Shown here piece by piece: positions 25,202-36,267 of a stretch of 64,000 nt of DNA. The DNA comes from Azolla caroliniana (Eukaryota > Plantae > Polypodiophyta): the NCBI GenBank assembly GCA_043228905.1, contig JBHGNT010000001.1, forward strand, positions 310,001 through 374,000, written 5' to 3'. Made by a program: the position numbers and the translations under genes. Every line of letters starts with the position of its first letter. Positions within the stretch are counted from its first letter, which is position 1. The notes below the pieces were generated by a model. That model searched no databases. It was not told the origin of the DNA and saw only the letters and a program-made list of their open reading frames with translations.

Positions 25202-28200
25202 AACGACCTACATTCTGTCATTCACAGGGAATAAACAGGAATCGAGTGCTTCTTGATCTTCCGCACAGACGACATTGCTTCCAACATCTGGTATCAGAGC
25301 CTGCACAGTAGTCGGTCCTTCAATCCGCTGTCGGTCGTCGTCTCTGCATTCGGTTTCCTGCGTCATTCGAAGAAAGAGAGAAGAAGAACGAAAACGAGGT
25401 TTGCACCTCATCGCGTTAGATCCCCTTGCTTGGAGTAAGCCAGCAGGTTGTACTCTGTCCCTTGTGATCGTAACCGCTCGAGGTGAAATCCCCTTGTGCA
25501 ACTTTGACAACAACCCAAATTCGTGCTTCATCTGGCTGATCGACATTCGGGAGGATCACTCGGATCCGTCTCTCTCGTCGCTGCAGTCACCCGAAGCCGA
25601 ATCGGTCCAGATAATCGGTTTCAATAATCGGTATTCGGCACATATATCCGAAGCGAACCGGGCTCACTCCGACTCGGCAACATTCGGGAAGACCAGTCGG
25701 TTCTGTCCCTCAAGTTACCGGAGTCAATTCGAGCAAGTTCCGAAGCCGAACCGACTCGGGTTCAAATCCGACTAGAACGATATCGGGTGAGCCAACCGGC
25801 TGCACTCCAACAAGATTCGTAGTCAACTCCGAACCGAGCTTCGTCAACCGAAACCGAATTTGATGGCATCAACATCCGGCTCGTCAGAAATGAGTCTACG
25901 CAAGTTCGATGGATCGAACTTCAACTTCTGGAAGGAGCAAATGCAGGACTATCTCATAGTCAAGGGGCAAATCGATCCCATCGAAAATGAAGAACCTCCA
26001 GAAGGATACAAACCAACTGAGTGGCAAAAGCTGGACAGAATCGTCCGCGCCACGATTCGGATGCACCTATCGGAATCGGTATACTTTACGGTGCAATCGT
26101 GTACGACAGCATTCGAACTGTGGAAAACACTGTCGGACACTTACGAAAAGAAGGTCGCCGCAACGAAGATGTTTCTGATCCGGCGCCTCTACAACTTGCG
26201 GATGAAAGAATCCGATTCGGTTCAAGCACACCTCAATGAGTACGAAAGCATAAGCTCCCAAATCTCGTCACAGGGGACGGCAATCGAGGATGAACTCAGA
26301 GCAATGATACTCATGAGCAGCCTTCCCTCATCATGGGAAACTTTCGTCACAACCGTGTGCAACGCGTCAACCACGGCTGTTAAATACTCCGAAGTCACGA
26401 GCGCAATCCTGACTGAAGCAGCTCGGAGAAAGTCTTTTGCCAAAGACTCAACAGACGACGCTTATGTAGTACAAGGTTCGACAGACCGATCGAACATACG
26501 AGGACGAGATTCCTCACGGCCGCCGAACAATCAGCGAAGACGGAGCCAGTCACGGGATAACCGAATCTGCAACTATTGCAAGAAACCCGGACACATCAAA
26601 GCCGACTGCCGCGCACTCAAGAACAAGAACAACAAGAAGAGTGGCCGGCATGAGGAGATCAATTACGTCAGCTTCTCGGCTGATGTACTACCGGACGACC
26701 CGAATATACTATCAATCGAAAATCCAGTCGGCTCAGAAGTTCTGCTCACGACTGAAGAATCGAGCACATGGCTCTTGGATTCGGGTGCGTCATTTCATGT
26801 GACTCCTCATCGGTCCCAATTTCGGCAATATACGATCCGTCACTCCGACTCAGTTCGGGTCGGCAACTCACAACACTGTGACATCATCGGAATCGGCACA
26901 GTAGAGCTCAACCTTGCAGGTGGCTCTACACTTGTACTCCACAATGTCCGACATGTACCCGAGCTCTCAAGGCCATTGATCTCAGTCGGACAACTAGATG
27001 AAGACGGCATTCGTGCCGGCTTTTCTTCGGGAGGGTGGACACTCCACAGGGGGAACCTCCTGCTTGCTAGAGGACCCAAGATACACTCACTGTATCCGTT
27101 ACATGTTACGCTCAGAGAGGGTAACCTGTTTTTGGTGGATATTCCTGTGTCATCATTATGGCACCGAAGACTGGGACACCTCAGCAAGGCCGGCATCACG
27201 CACCTATCTAGAGCCGGATACATCCCCAAACTCTCCTTCTCGGACCATCAATTTTGCGAGCACTGCCAGTATGGCAAACAAGCAGCCGCATCACACCCGA
27301 CATCAGCACCAAGAGAAACGAGACCTCTCGACTTAGTCCATTCGGACGTCTGTGGCCCAATGCCGCATCAGTCTCTAGGCGGTGCATCTTACTTCGTCAC
27401 TTTTATTGACGATTCGACTCGAAAAGTGTGGGCTTATCCAATTCGCACCAAAGATCGGGTCTTCTCGATCTTCACCGATTGGCTCGCTATGGTGGAAAAT
27501 CAAACCGACCGAAAGTTGAAATGCCTTCGGACCGACAATGGGGGAGAGTTCAAATCAGAAGAATTCGTCAAATTCTGCCGACAACGCGGCATCCGACGTG
27601 AATTTATGGCACCACACAGTCCGGAGCAAAACGGGATTGCAGAGCGAATGAATCGGACAATCCAAGAACGGATAGTTTCCATGCTCCAACACTCCGAACT
27701 GTCGGATGGCTTCTGGGCAGAGGCTCTACTCACGGCAGTACACATAATCAATATGTCGCCAAGTAGACCTCTAGGACTTCAAATTCCTCAGGAACTATGG
27801 ATCGGCAGCAAGCCGAATTACGACAAGCTGAGGATCTTCGGATGCGAGGCGTACGCCCTCATTCCGAAAGATGATCGCCGAAAACTTGCACCTCCGTCCA
27901 GGAAATGCATTTTCCTTGGATATGGATCAGACGGCGAAATGGGATACCGACTCTGGGACCCCGAACGCAGACAAATCGTTCGAAGTTCGGACGTTGTGTT
28001 CAACGAGTCGGCTATGAATCCATCAGTCGAAAAACCGATCGAAGTCCGAAGGGTAACATTCTCCGATGTGCCGACCCTTCAAGAAGGCCCCGCTCTCAAC
28101 ACACGGTCAGCTTCACGGGTAGCTGAACCTTATACTACCGACTCGGACAACTCTGACTCGGCACAGCCGAATGTTTCGGTTTCGGACCATCCGACCTCGA

Positions 28201-30241
28201 TACCTGATGCGACCAGTCCAATCATACCTCGACGATCCGAGAGACTGTCGCAACCTCCGGAGAGGTATTCTCTTGGAATTTTCTTCACCGACGCCGGCGA
28301 ACCGACGTCTTACGAAGAAGCATCGACATCTGTCGATTCGGCCACCTGGCATCTGGCGATGGAGTCGGAAATGCACTCCATTCGGGCAAACAAGACTTGG
28401 GATTTGGTCGAATTACCGAGGAACCGACGTGCTCTTCCTTGCAAGTGGGTCTATCGACTAAAAGAGACGTCTGATTCGACCACCCCAAAGTACAAGGCCA
28501 GATTGGTTGCGAAGGGCTTCCGACAAGAATATGGCGTCGACTTCGACGAGATTTTTTCACCAGTGGTGAAAATGACAACCCTTCGTTTTCTGCTCGGCGT
28601 CGTGGCAGCCGACAACCTGGAGCTGATTCAGCTAGATGTCAAAACAGCCTTCCTCCATGGTGATCTCGAGGAGGAAATTTATATGGAGCAGCCAAAAGGC
28701 TTCGTGGCACCTGGCCAAGAACATCTAGTCTGCCGACTCAGGAAGAGTCTATACGGCCTCAAACAGGCACCGCGACAATGGTACAAGAAGTTCGACGACT
28801 TCATCCAATCGATCGGCTTCTCAAAAAGCGATGAGGACCATTGTCTCTTTACCAACACAGCTCAAGATGGATCACCCATCTTCCTCATCATTTACGTGGA
28901 CGACATGCTAATTTCTGGACGCCACTCGGGCGAACTTGCCGATCTCGTTCGGCAACTGCGGTTGAAGTTTGCCATGAAGGACCTCGGTCCGGCACGACAC
29001 ATACTCGGCATGAAGATTAGTCGGCATCGCGATCAACGACATCTTTTTTTGTCTCAGACCGACTACATCGGACGTGTCTTGGAACGCTTCAACATGCAAT
29101 CAGCCAAATCTGCTTCAACCCCGCTCCCCATGAATCTTCGGCTCTCTCAGCGAGACTGCCCGACATCCGGTCCGGAGGGGGAAGATATGAAGTCGGTACC
29201 GTATGCACCGGCAGTCGGCTCCCTTATGTACCTGATGGTCGCGACACGGCCTGATATTTCTCACGCCGTAGGAGTCGTCAGCAGATTTATGCACAATCCT
29301 GGCCGATCGCATTGGAACGCAGTCAAGCATGTGTTCAGATATCTGGCTGGCACAAAAGATCACGGCATTCTTTTCGGTTCGAACCGAACCTCAGGCGTAG
29401 TCGGTTACACCGACTCGGACTTCGCCGTCTGTATAGACAGTCGGAAATCAACAACCGGATACTGCTTCAAATTCGGCAATGGAGCAATCTCGTGGAAGTC
29501 GAAACTTCAGGAATGCACAGCGACCTCAACGACCGAAGCAGAATATGTAGCTGCGTCCGACGCAGCAAAAGAAGCCTTATGGCTTGGTCGGCTGGCGCAC
29601 ACGTTTCGACAAGTCGACCATGACTCGGCTCCAGTTGTCTACAGCGACAGTCAAGGTGCTGTTGCCTTGTCGAAAAATCCGGTTCACCACAACGCCTCCA
29701 AGCATATCGACGTTCGATATCACTTCGTTCGGGACTGCGTCATCTCAGGGAAAATCGGTCTAGAGAAAATATCCACAACCGACAATGTCGCAGATGGAAT
29801 GACCAAGTGTCTTTCGGCAGACCGTTTTCGGTCTCTTCGGCATCAGATGGGCGTAACGACAAACCAGTCCGGTTAGAGCCGGACACAGAGCAGGATGGTT
29901 CCCGACAACCGACATCAGTTCCTTAATGATCGGCTTCAACTGTTCCGACCCGACCAGTTCGGTCTTCTGCCTTCGGACCCTGCCGACTCGAACAAAGCTG
30001 ATATGTCCGAGAACCTAAGTCTATACCTGTAATCTTAGATAACCCATGTATACGCCCATTACGGGGGAGTGTCGAATACATGTGTATAATGGACGTATTC
30101 ACACTATCCCGTTTTGGCCATTTATGTAATTAGCATAAAGGGTAGTTGCCCTAAGTTGGTCACTATATATAGTGACCTTGTAACCTCTTTGTGAGGTTGG
30201 TTGTTGTATTCTAGTTTATGCAATAGAAAGACTCTTTTGTG

Positions 30242-30276
<35 letters not shown>

Positions 30277-30361
30277 AACGACCTACATTCTGTCATTCAC
30301 AGGGAATAAACAGGAATCGAGTGCTTCTTGATCTTCCGCACAGACGACATTGCTTCCAACA
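24995..30361 (+). mobile_element. Intact Ty1/copia LTR retrotransposon, very recent insertion
   Basis: 292-bp LTRs at 24995-25286 and 30070-30361 (TG...CA) with no difference seen. 5-bp TSD CTTTG. PBS TGGTATCAGAGCC (tRNA-iMet) at 25289-25301. PPT ACGGGGGAG at 30061-30069. Confidence 0.97.
25860..29876 (+). CDS. Copia gag-pol polyprotein (gag, protease, integrase, RT, RNase H); ATG at 25863
   Basis: Uninterrupted 1338-codon ORF: CNYCKKPGHIKADC knuckle, WLLDSGASFH, WHRRLGH...CEHC, RTDNGGEF, KARLVAKG, YVDDML, SKHIDVRYHF, in copia order. Confidence 0.97.
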   Translation: MMASTSGSSEMSLRKFDGSNFNFWKEQMQDYLIVKGQIDPIENEEPPEGYKPTEWQKLDRIVRATIRMHLSESVYFTVQSCTTAFELWKTLSDTYEKKVAATKMFLIRRLYNLRMKESDSVQAHLNEYESISSQISSQGTAIEDELRAMILMSSLPSSWETFVTTVCNASTTAVKYSEVTSAILTEAARRKSFAKDSTDDAYVVQGSTDRSNIRGRDSSRPPNNQRRRSQSRDNRICNYCKKPGHIKADCRALKNKNNKKSGRHEEINYVSFSADVLPDDPNILSIENPVGSEVLLTTEESSTWLLDSGASFHVTPHRSQFRQYTIRHSDSVRVGNSQHCDIIGIGTVELNLAGGSTLVLHNVRHVPELSRPLISVGQLDEDGIRAGFSSGGWTLHRGNLLLARGPKIHSLYPLHVTLREGNLFLVDIPVSSLWHRRLGHLSKAGITHLSRAGYIPKLSFSDHQFCEHCQYGKQAAASHPTSAPRETRPLDLVHSDVCGPMPHQSLGGASYFVTFIDDSTRKVWAYPIRTKDRVFSIFTDWLAMVENQTDRKLKCLRTDNGGEFKSEEFVKFCRQRGIRREFMAPHSPEQNGIAERMNRTIQERIVSMLQHSELSDGFWAEALLTAVHIINMSPSRPLGLQIPQELWIGSKPNYDKLRIFGCEAYALIPKDDRRKLAPPSRKCIFLGYGSDGEMGYRLWDPERRQIVRSSDVVFNESAMNPSVEKPIEVRRVTFSDVPTLQEGPALNTRSASRVAEPYTTDSDNSDSAQPNVSVSDHPTSIPDATSPIIPRRSERLSQPPERYSLGIFFTDAGEPTSYEEASTSVDSATWHLAMESEMHSIRANKTWDLVELPRNRRALPCKWVYRLKETSDSTTPKYKARLVAKGFRQEYGVDFDEIFSPVVKMTTLRFLLGVVAADNLELIQLDVKTAFLHGDLEEEIYMEQPKGFVAPGQEHLVCRLRKSLYGLKQAPRQWYKKFDDFIQSIGFSKSDEDHCLFTNTAQDGSPIFLIIYVDDMLISGRHSGELADLVRQLRLKFAMKDLGPARHILGMKISRHRDQRHLFLSQTDYIGRVLERFNMQSAKSASTPLPMNLRLSQRDCPTSGPEGEDMKSVPYAPAVGSLMYLMVATRPDISHAVGVVSRFMHNPGRSHWNAVKHVFRYLAGTKDHGILFGSNRTSGVVGYTDSDFAVCIDSRKSTTGYCFKFGNGAISWKSKLQECTATSTTEAEYVAASDAAKEALWLGRLAHTFRQVDHDSAPVVYSDSQGAVALSKNPVHHNASKHIDVRYHFVRDCVISGKIGLEKISTTDNVADGMTKCLSADRFRSLRHQMGVTTNQSG

Positions 30362-32722
30362 CTTTGGATACAAAGTGAAGAACTTGAAGTGTCAATTTTG
30401 CATACAAGACAGGATTGATTTTGGAGTGATGGGTTTGATTTGTGTGCGAATAATAGCCGAGCACACCTAGTGTGTTGAAGACTTCATCACATTACTAGTG
30501 TAAAATGAATAATCGAAGGTAAACATGGTTTACAACATTACATCATGTTCACTACCTGGCGGAGACTTATACTCAAGAGCACCATCATATTGTTAAGGAC
30601 GTTGTGTATTCTCTTCTTCCAAGTCTAATTAACTACTAAGGATTGTAACCATTAGGACTAAGTATATAAACGTGATCAAAGGTGACCATATCTCCACAAT
30701 ATATGCCTCCTCTGTCCTTTCCTTCCAAGGGTTGAATACAACTACTAACTGTTTTGATTGGGTTAATAAGCCCTCTTGCATAATCCATCCAAAACTAACT
30801 GTTGTGTGTGTGCATGGTCAATATTGTGGGTTGATTTGTCCACCTTGGGGTACTTGGTGTATTCTTACACATCTTTTGTTTGAGTGCTAGTAAGTCAACC
30901 TTTTTAGGTGGTCAATGCACAATATAGTTTCTCTAGTCCAATGAGTAGCAACAAGAGGATGTGAATATCATGCAACAATTCCACTATAGTTAACAATCCA
31001 CACACATCCTTTGTGATTGACAAAGTCTAGGAGGTTTCAATAGTGATGTCTATAATATACCCTTTCAAAGAATATGTTATGTCTCGCACATTCCAACTTG
31101 TTCGACCATGCCCAACGTCAACTCTCCACTTGATCTAACAACGATACATACAAAACTGATGGCTTGTTCAAACATCATCGATATCCACATTCGTGAACCC
31201 ACCCACCCATCACTAATTGTGGCAATGGAGGACAATGCGATGCCATTTCCTTTATGGTACCTCCTTCCTCTAGATTTGGTATGATGTAGATCTCATGACT
31301 AAGATTGTTAAAATATGAATTACAACTCAAGATGGCCCATGGCATCCAAAGATCATATGATGGTGAGAGAAAATGAGAGAGTCAACCTTTGTTCATAATT
31401 AAGTTGGGATAAAACCAACAATAGAGCAACTTCCAATGTTTCTTGAAAAGCCAACGATTCTCCTCTAAATAGAAGCTCGAAAAATGCTCCAACATTAACT
31501 AGATATTCACATTGATAGATTCCCCTTTTTTGCTATGAACCTTAGGTTGACCATGTCCCCAAGAACATAAGCAAGTAAATCGAGGTAAAAGTCATTGAAA
31601 ATTTAATTATTACATTGGTTGAAATTGTTGGCATTTGCATATACGTCTCAACTGGCACTTATTGCATATACACATAAATCGGTGTACTTGTAGACAACCA
31701 ACCTTTCAAGCAAAAGAGAAAAGTTGTGACATGCAATTTGACATTACGTCTGAACCGAGAAAGTTAGGGAGACATTCCCCTCCATCTAGAGTCTACCATT
31801 GGAAACCTTCATGACATAATAAAGTATTTAAATAGTTGAAGGTAAATCTCATGCCTTTTTGTTGGGCCCCATGTATTTCCATTGTTTTGGATCCTCTAAT
31901 GTTCTCTCCATTACATAAAAAATGGTTTTCAACCAAGGCTTACTTGTTTTGGGCTTTATTTTGATGTCGAACCTCAATCGATGCATATATTTCAAAACAA
32001 ACATTTGAATTCATTGAGTTGCTTGGTTATAATTAATTACATTTTCAAAAACAATTTTGAGTATGGAGTGGGTCATTTTGTTTTAGAAACCACAATATGC
32101 TAGTTTGATCTTCTACAAATTTATTTATGATTATCAATATTCTTGTTTTGTTATATTACACATTCAGTTTGACCTTGATAGTGCATGTACGCTTTCAATT
32201 TGGACAACTCATGGAAAGGCAATCGGCCCTTTCTAACCTCCCCAAAAACTCAACCCTCAATGATCTATACGTGCACAGCAAGATTCGGTTTGGAAGAATT
32301 GGTATAATGATATACAATTGTCATAGTTGCAAGCAAATTCATTCTAGACATGATCATTCTTGGACCAATGTGGCATTTACTACATTTCTTTACTTCCCAA
32401 ATTTCTGAATGCATGCATAAACATTGTTCAACATGTGACCAGTATATCCATGATACATCCAAGTGCTTCACTAATCAAATGAATCGTGCTTAGTTTAAAA
32501 TTGAAATAAGATGCTCATACTTAAAACAGCATAGGCTAGGTCTCCTACATCAAAATATTTCTATAAAATAGATTAACATCCTACATTTTATTTGACAGAC
32601 ATCAATACTATGGTTTTCTGTAGTTTACCTACTGTCATATATAAAATAATCGACAATGATAGCCTTTTCATAATCTCCTAAACATGCTTCACCGCAGTGA
32701 TATATTCCATCATTGGTGATAA

Positions 32723-32885
32723 ACTTGAAAAACGCTTAGAAGTAAAACGAAAAACACCATCCAATGTACTAAAAACGTTACAAACCAGATCCAGAATTAC
32801 GAACCATTCCTTCCATCATTCATTCGTGATTTACTTGAAAAAAGCATACAAGCAAAAACGAAAAACATCATCCAATGTACTAAAA
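32723..32885. repeat. Two copies of a ~52-bp motif 110 bp apart
   Basis: ACTTGAAAAA...AAAACGAAAAACA(C/T)CATCCAATGTACTAAAA at 32723 and 32833. Confidence 0.65.
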
Positions 32886-33306
32886 GATGTTATAAACCAG
32901 TTATAGGATTTCAATGGAAGCCTAATAGTCACTAAATGTCTTGTTTTTTTGTTCTTCACGAAAAGTAGGGTATGATTGATACTACAATGCAACAACTATT
33001 AATGATGATAGTAGAGGCTGGACAAAATAGCTACTACACGCAGCTATGGGATAGCTACACTTTCCGAATCCAGACAATTAATTCTCCTGCAATGTCATCA
33101 TGGGAATGGAAAGCATGAAGAAAAACCTTGCTTACTAATTCTCAAAGCTCGTATACACAGCCAGGATATGCCTTGAAGAAGTTAGGTCCTAGTCCAACAC
33201 AAGGCTGTGGTACTATTACTACTTTACAGAACCAGAACAAAACAAGTTCTACCATTGATTCACCAAAGTCTTACAATTGATTGATCAAAGTTTCACCATT
33301 CATTGT

Positions 33307-35494
33307 TCAATTGGCAGCAATGACACAGGTAGCTCGCAATACAGCAAGAGCGGTACCAGGAGGGAGTTGCCGTTGACAAAATTGCTCCCATTGCTCAGGT
33401 TGATTACTCTCGTTAGCTTCTTCAATCTCTTTAGGCTCTTCAAGTTCGTGAGATGGTTGTTTTGGTTGCTCAATTACTGTTAGATCTTGCAAGCATTGGT
33501 GTTGATCGTGAGCTTCTCGGATAACCATAACTAGCTGTCGGGCTGCTTCTCGAGCTTCAGGTAACTGATCATTCAGCTGCGATGCCCCCATCTTAATAAG
33601 AGTTTCAAGACCAAAATCTTTGATACCTTTAACTCCCTGCCAATTTCCACATTTTGGTCAAGGTCTTGAGGTTTCATCTCATTGTGAGCATCATACTACA
33701 TATGAAATTCCATGAAATAATGGGTGAATCTACCAGAACATGCAACTTACTGTCATAACGAATAATGGCACAAGATTTCATGTCAAATTTACTCGCACAT
33801 CTAAGTGTTCAATTATACTTGATGTACACATTAGCTTCTGGTCATAGACAGTTTTAGAAATATAACTTATCCATCCTATTTTCCCTAACTGAACTGTCAA
33901 ATATTCTCCTCGTGATCAACATCAATGTATGCAACCATAGCTTTTAAGAATGAAAGAGGAGATGGAACCTTACCAGCTTGGAGACACTTCGGCACACACA
34001 AGAAGATGCTTTGGCTCTTACTCGAGGGTTTCGGTGCTCCAAATTAACTTGTAGCTTCAGAAGAAGCTCTTTTGGAGAGATCCATGTCGTCATTGCGACC
34101 AACGCCTTTTCTGCCTCCTCACAAACAAACCTCTTGTCTTGAGAAGCCTTGAGCAGGAGTTGTACCAGCTACAGAAATGGAAGAAACTTCATGTCAAAAA
34201 TATGACCTCTCGCACAGAGAGAAATCAGTGCATCTTTCCTCCATTTTATTCTTCTGCAAGTTAATAACATACCAGATCATCTATGAAATTAAGCATTTGA
34301 TCTTTGAAAGATTTGAAGAAATCTGCGGCTGTCATGATAGCAGTTTTGCAGAGAGCGCTCCTGGGATTCTTCATGGCTTTAACAACCAGTGGAACGACCA
34401 AACCTCTGCATCAACACAAAGAGAACCAGTGTTTACGTCAGTCTAATGTGTATATTCAAAGTAGACACGACAATTTAGAATGGTTTGGAAAATACAGGAT
34501 ATGAGCCATTGAAGCTGTGTGGAAAATCGCTATTTGTCTGGTGCAATTCAGTGCCTCGGTAACAGAAACCCAATCTTTTGAGTCCAAACGCTGTGGTAAT
34601 GTCTGCACAGGAGAAGCATTGTAATGTGTATAAGAAGGAGGGACAAAAAGACACAAAGAAAGAATAAGAGATTCACAGAAAGAGAGAAAAACCAAGTTCC
34701 ACGTATATGAGTAATGGCAGATCCACACACAGAGGAGGTCTCAGGAGTAAGAACACAGCATTCCGTAGAATAGAGGTACAGTTCCACGGAGCGTTTGGCA
34801 TGCAGATATAAGGAATGATAGTTGCACAGAATGAAAGAAAGAGATAAATAAATGCCGATTAAAAATCAGAGGGAACGAACAGTGAGAGAGAAACAATGGC
34901 TATACATATGAGAAGAAATAATCCATAGAAGGGTAGAAATGCAGGTATGCATGAGAAACATGAGAACAAGATGCAGCGAGAGGTATAAGACGGAGTATCA
35001 TGACACGCGGATAAGGAAAATAAGTTCTGTAAATCCATATCTGAGAACGTGGTAGAGATCTTCAGATAGAATATACAGCGGTACAAAGCACTGTCCGAAA
35101 AAAGACATCCGGTGGCCACGTGAGAAGAGGAGAATAGTGAGAGAGAGAGAGAGAGAGAGATCATAGGGCTCTAGAAAGTGGAGGAGAGAGACATACATAG
35201 AATGATGAATACCTCAATCAGTTCACAGATGTCTACGTCTCCTTGTAGAGGTTGTAGATCCGAGGAAAGAATGTATTCCGCTTCAGGCGAAGAAGGCTCT
35301 TGGGAAACAAGTCCTGCAGGGAAGGAACAAGAAGGAGTGCGAGGAGCAACGCGATGGCTGCGAACAACCTTGGAACTCCCCTGGCCAGCTGCAGAAGGCT
35401 TCTGCTGATCTAAAAGTGAATCGGCGAAGGAAGAATTCACCATATCCTCCTCCGTCGAGCAGGATCTAGCTACAATGGCGTCACCTTTCGACAT
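33307..35494 (-). CDS. TOG/CLASP-N-domain ARM/HEAT repeat protein
   Basis: Exons 35494-35213, 34602-34496, 34405-34273, 34168-33974 and 33636-33307, GT-AG and in phase. Encodes LDSKDWVSVTEALN, VKAMKNPRSALCKTAIM, QLLLKASQDKRFVCEEAEKAL, HRNPRVRAKA and QLNDQLPEAREAAR. The start ATG is tentative. Confidence 0.88.
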
Positions 35495-35640
35495 GGATCC
35501 GATGATTGATGAGGACAAAAATGGTGGAAGTAAAAATAGGAAAGAAGAAAAGGGAAACGTCACAAGTTGGCTTGCTTGTAGACAGAGAAATATAGCATAG
35601 GTTTGGGTAGGTTTTGATGGAGAAAAAGAAGACGAGCAGA

Positions 35641-36069
35641 TTAGGGTTAGGGTTAGGGTTAGCTTTCAGTACCTATGTCCAGCGTTAGAGTTGTGGTTGT
35701 GAAGGTGGGAGAGGCGTTCGTTTACGGCAGGGACAAAGAAGGTTTGTTGTGGAAGGAGCGAGATTATGTCACAGATTTTTTATTTGGAAAAGCATAGAAG
35801 AAGAAGAAGAAGGAAGAAGGAAGAAGAGACGGAAACCCTAATGTCTCTTCAAGTCTCTTTCACAGAAGAAGATTAGGAAGAAAGGAGAAAGAACAAAAGG
35901 ATCGGAGGAGCCCTAGTGGCTCTGGATCTCTGTCTTCTCGTAGAAGAGGGAAGGAAGGAGAACGAAGATGGGGAATGAAACCCTAAATTTGTGTAGATCT
36001 CTTTCACAGAAGAAGAAGAAGAAGGAAACCCTGAGCTATTTAGATCTCTAATTTCTGCGTCTAGGGTTT
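35641..36069. promoter_or_regulatory. Telo-box cluster and short (TTAGGG)n tract in the 5' region of the TOG gene
   Basis: TTAGGGTTAGGGTTAGGGTTAG at 35641-35662, AAACCCTAA at 35833 and 35978, TAGGGTTT at 36062. Confidence 0.55.
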
Positions 36070-36169
36070 AGTAGCTCTGCGTGTATGGACGATGAAGGAT
36101 TTTTAAGTTGCGGTCGCGGTCGCCGTCGCCGTCTCAGGAACTGGAACTGGTTCCAAAGACCCCCCCCCC

Positions 36170-36267
36170 TCTCCTCTCCTCTTCTCTTCTCTTCTCTTCT
36201 CTTCTCTTCTCTTCTCTTCTCTTCTCTTCTCTGGCCTTGCTAAGAAGAAGAAGAAGAAGAAGAAGAA
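36170..36267. repeat. (CTCTT)n and (AAG)n microsatellites
   Basis: Read directly from the sequence. Confidence 0.9.

Noticed and set aside
25949-29623. Many antisense and alternative-frame ORFs within the intact copia (also 58668-62583)
   Set aside because: Expected in GC-rich coding DNA; no recognisable domains.
30470-31900. Possible decayed retroelement next to the intact copia
   Set aside because: No confident boundaries or translatable motifs.
35641-35662. Interstitial telomere or chromosome-fusion scar
   Set aside because: Only 22 bp, in a gene leader; better explained as a telo-box-like microsatellite.
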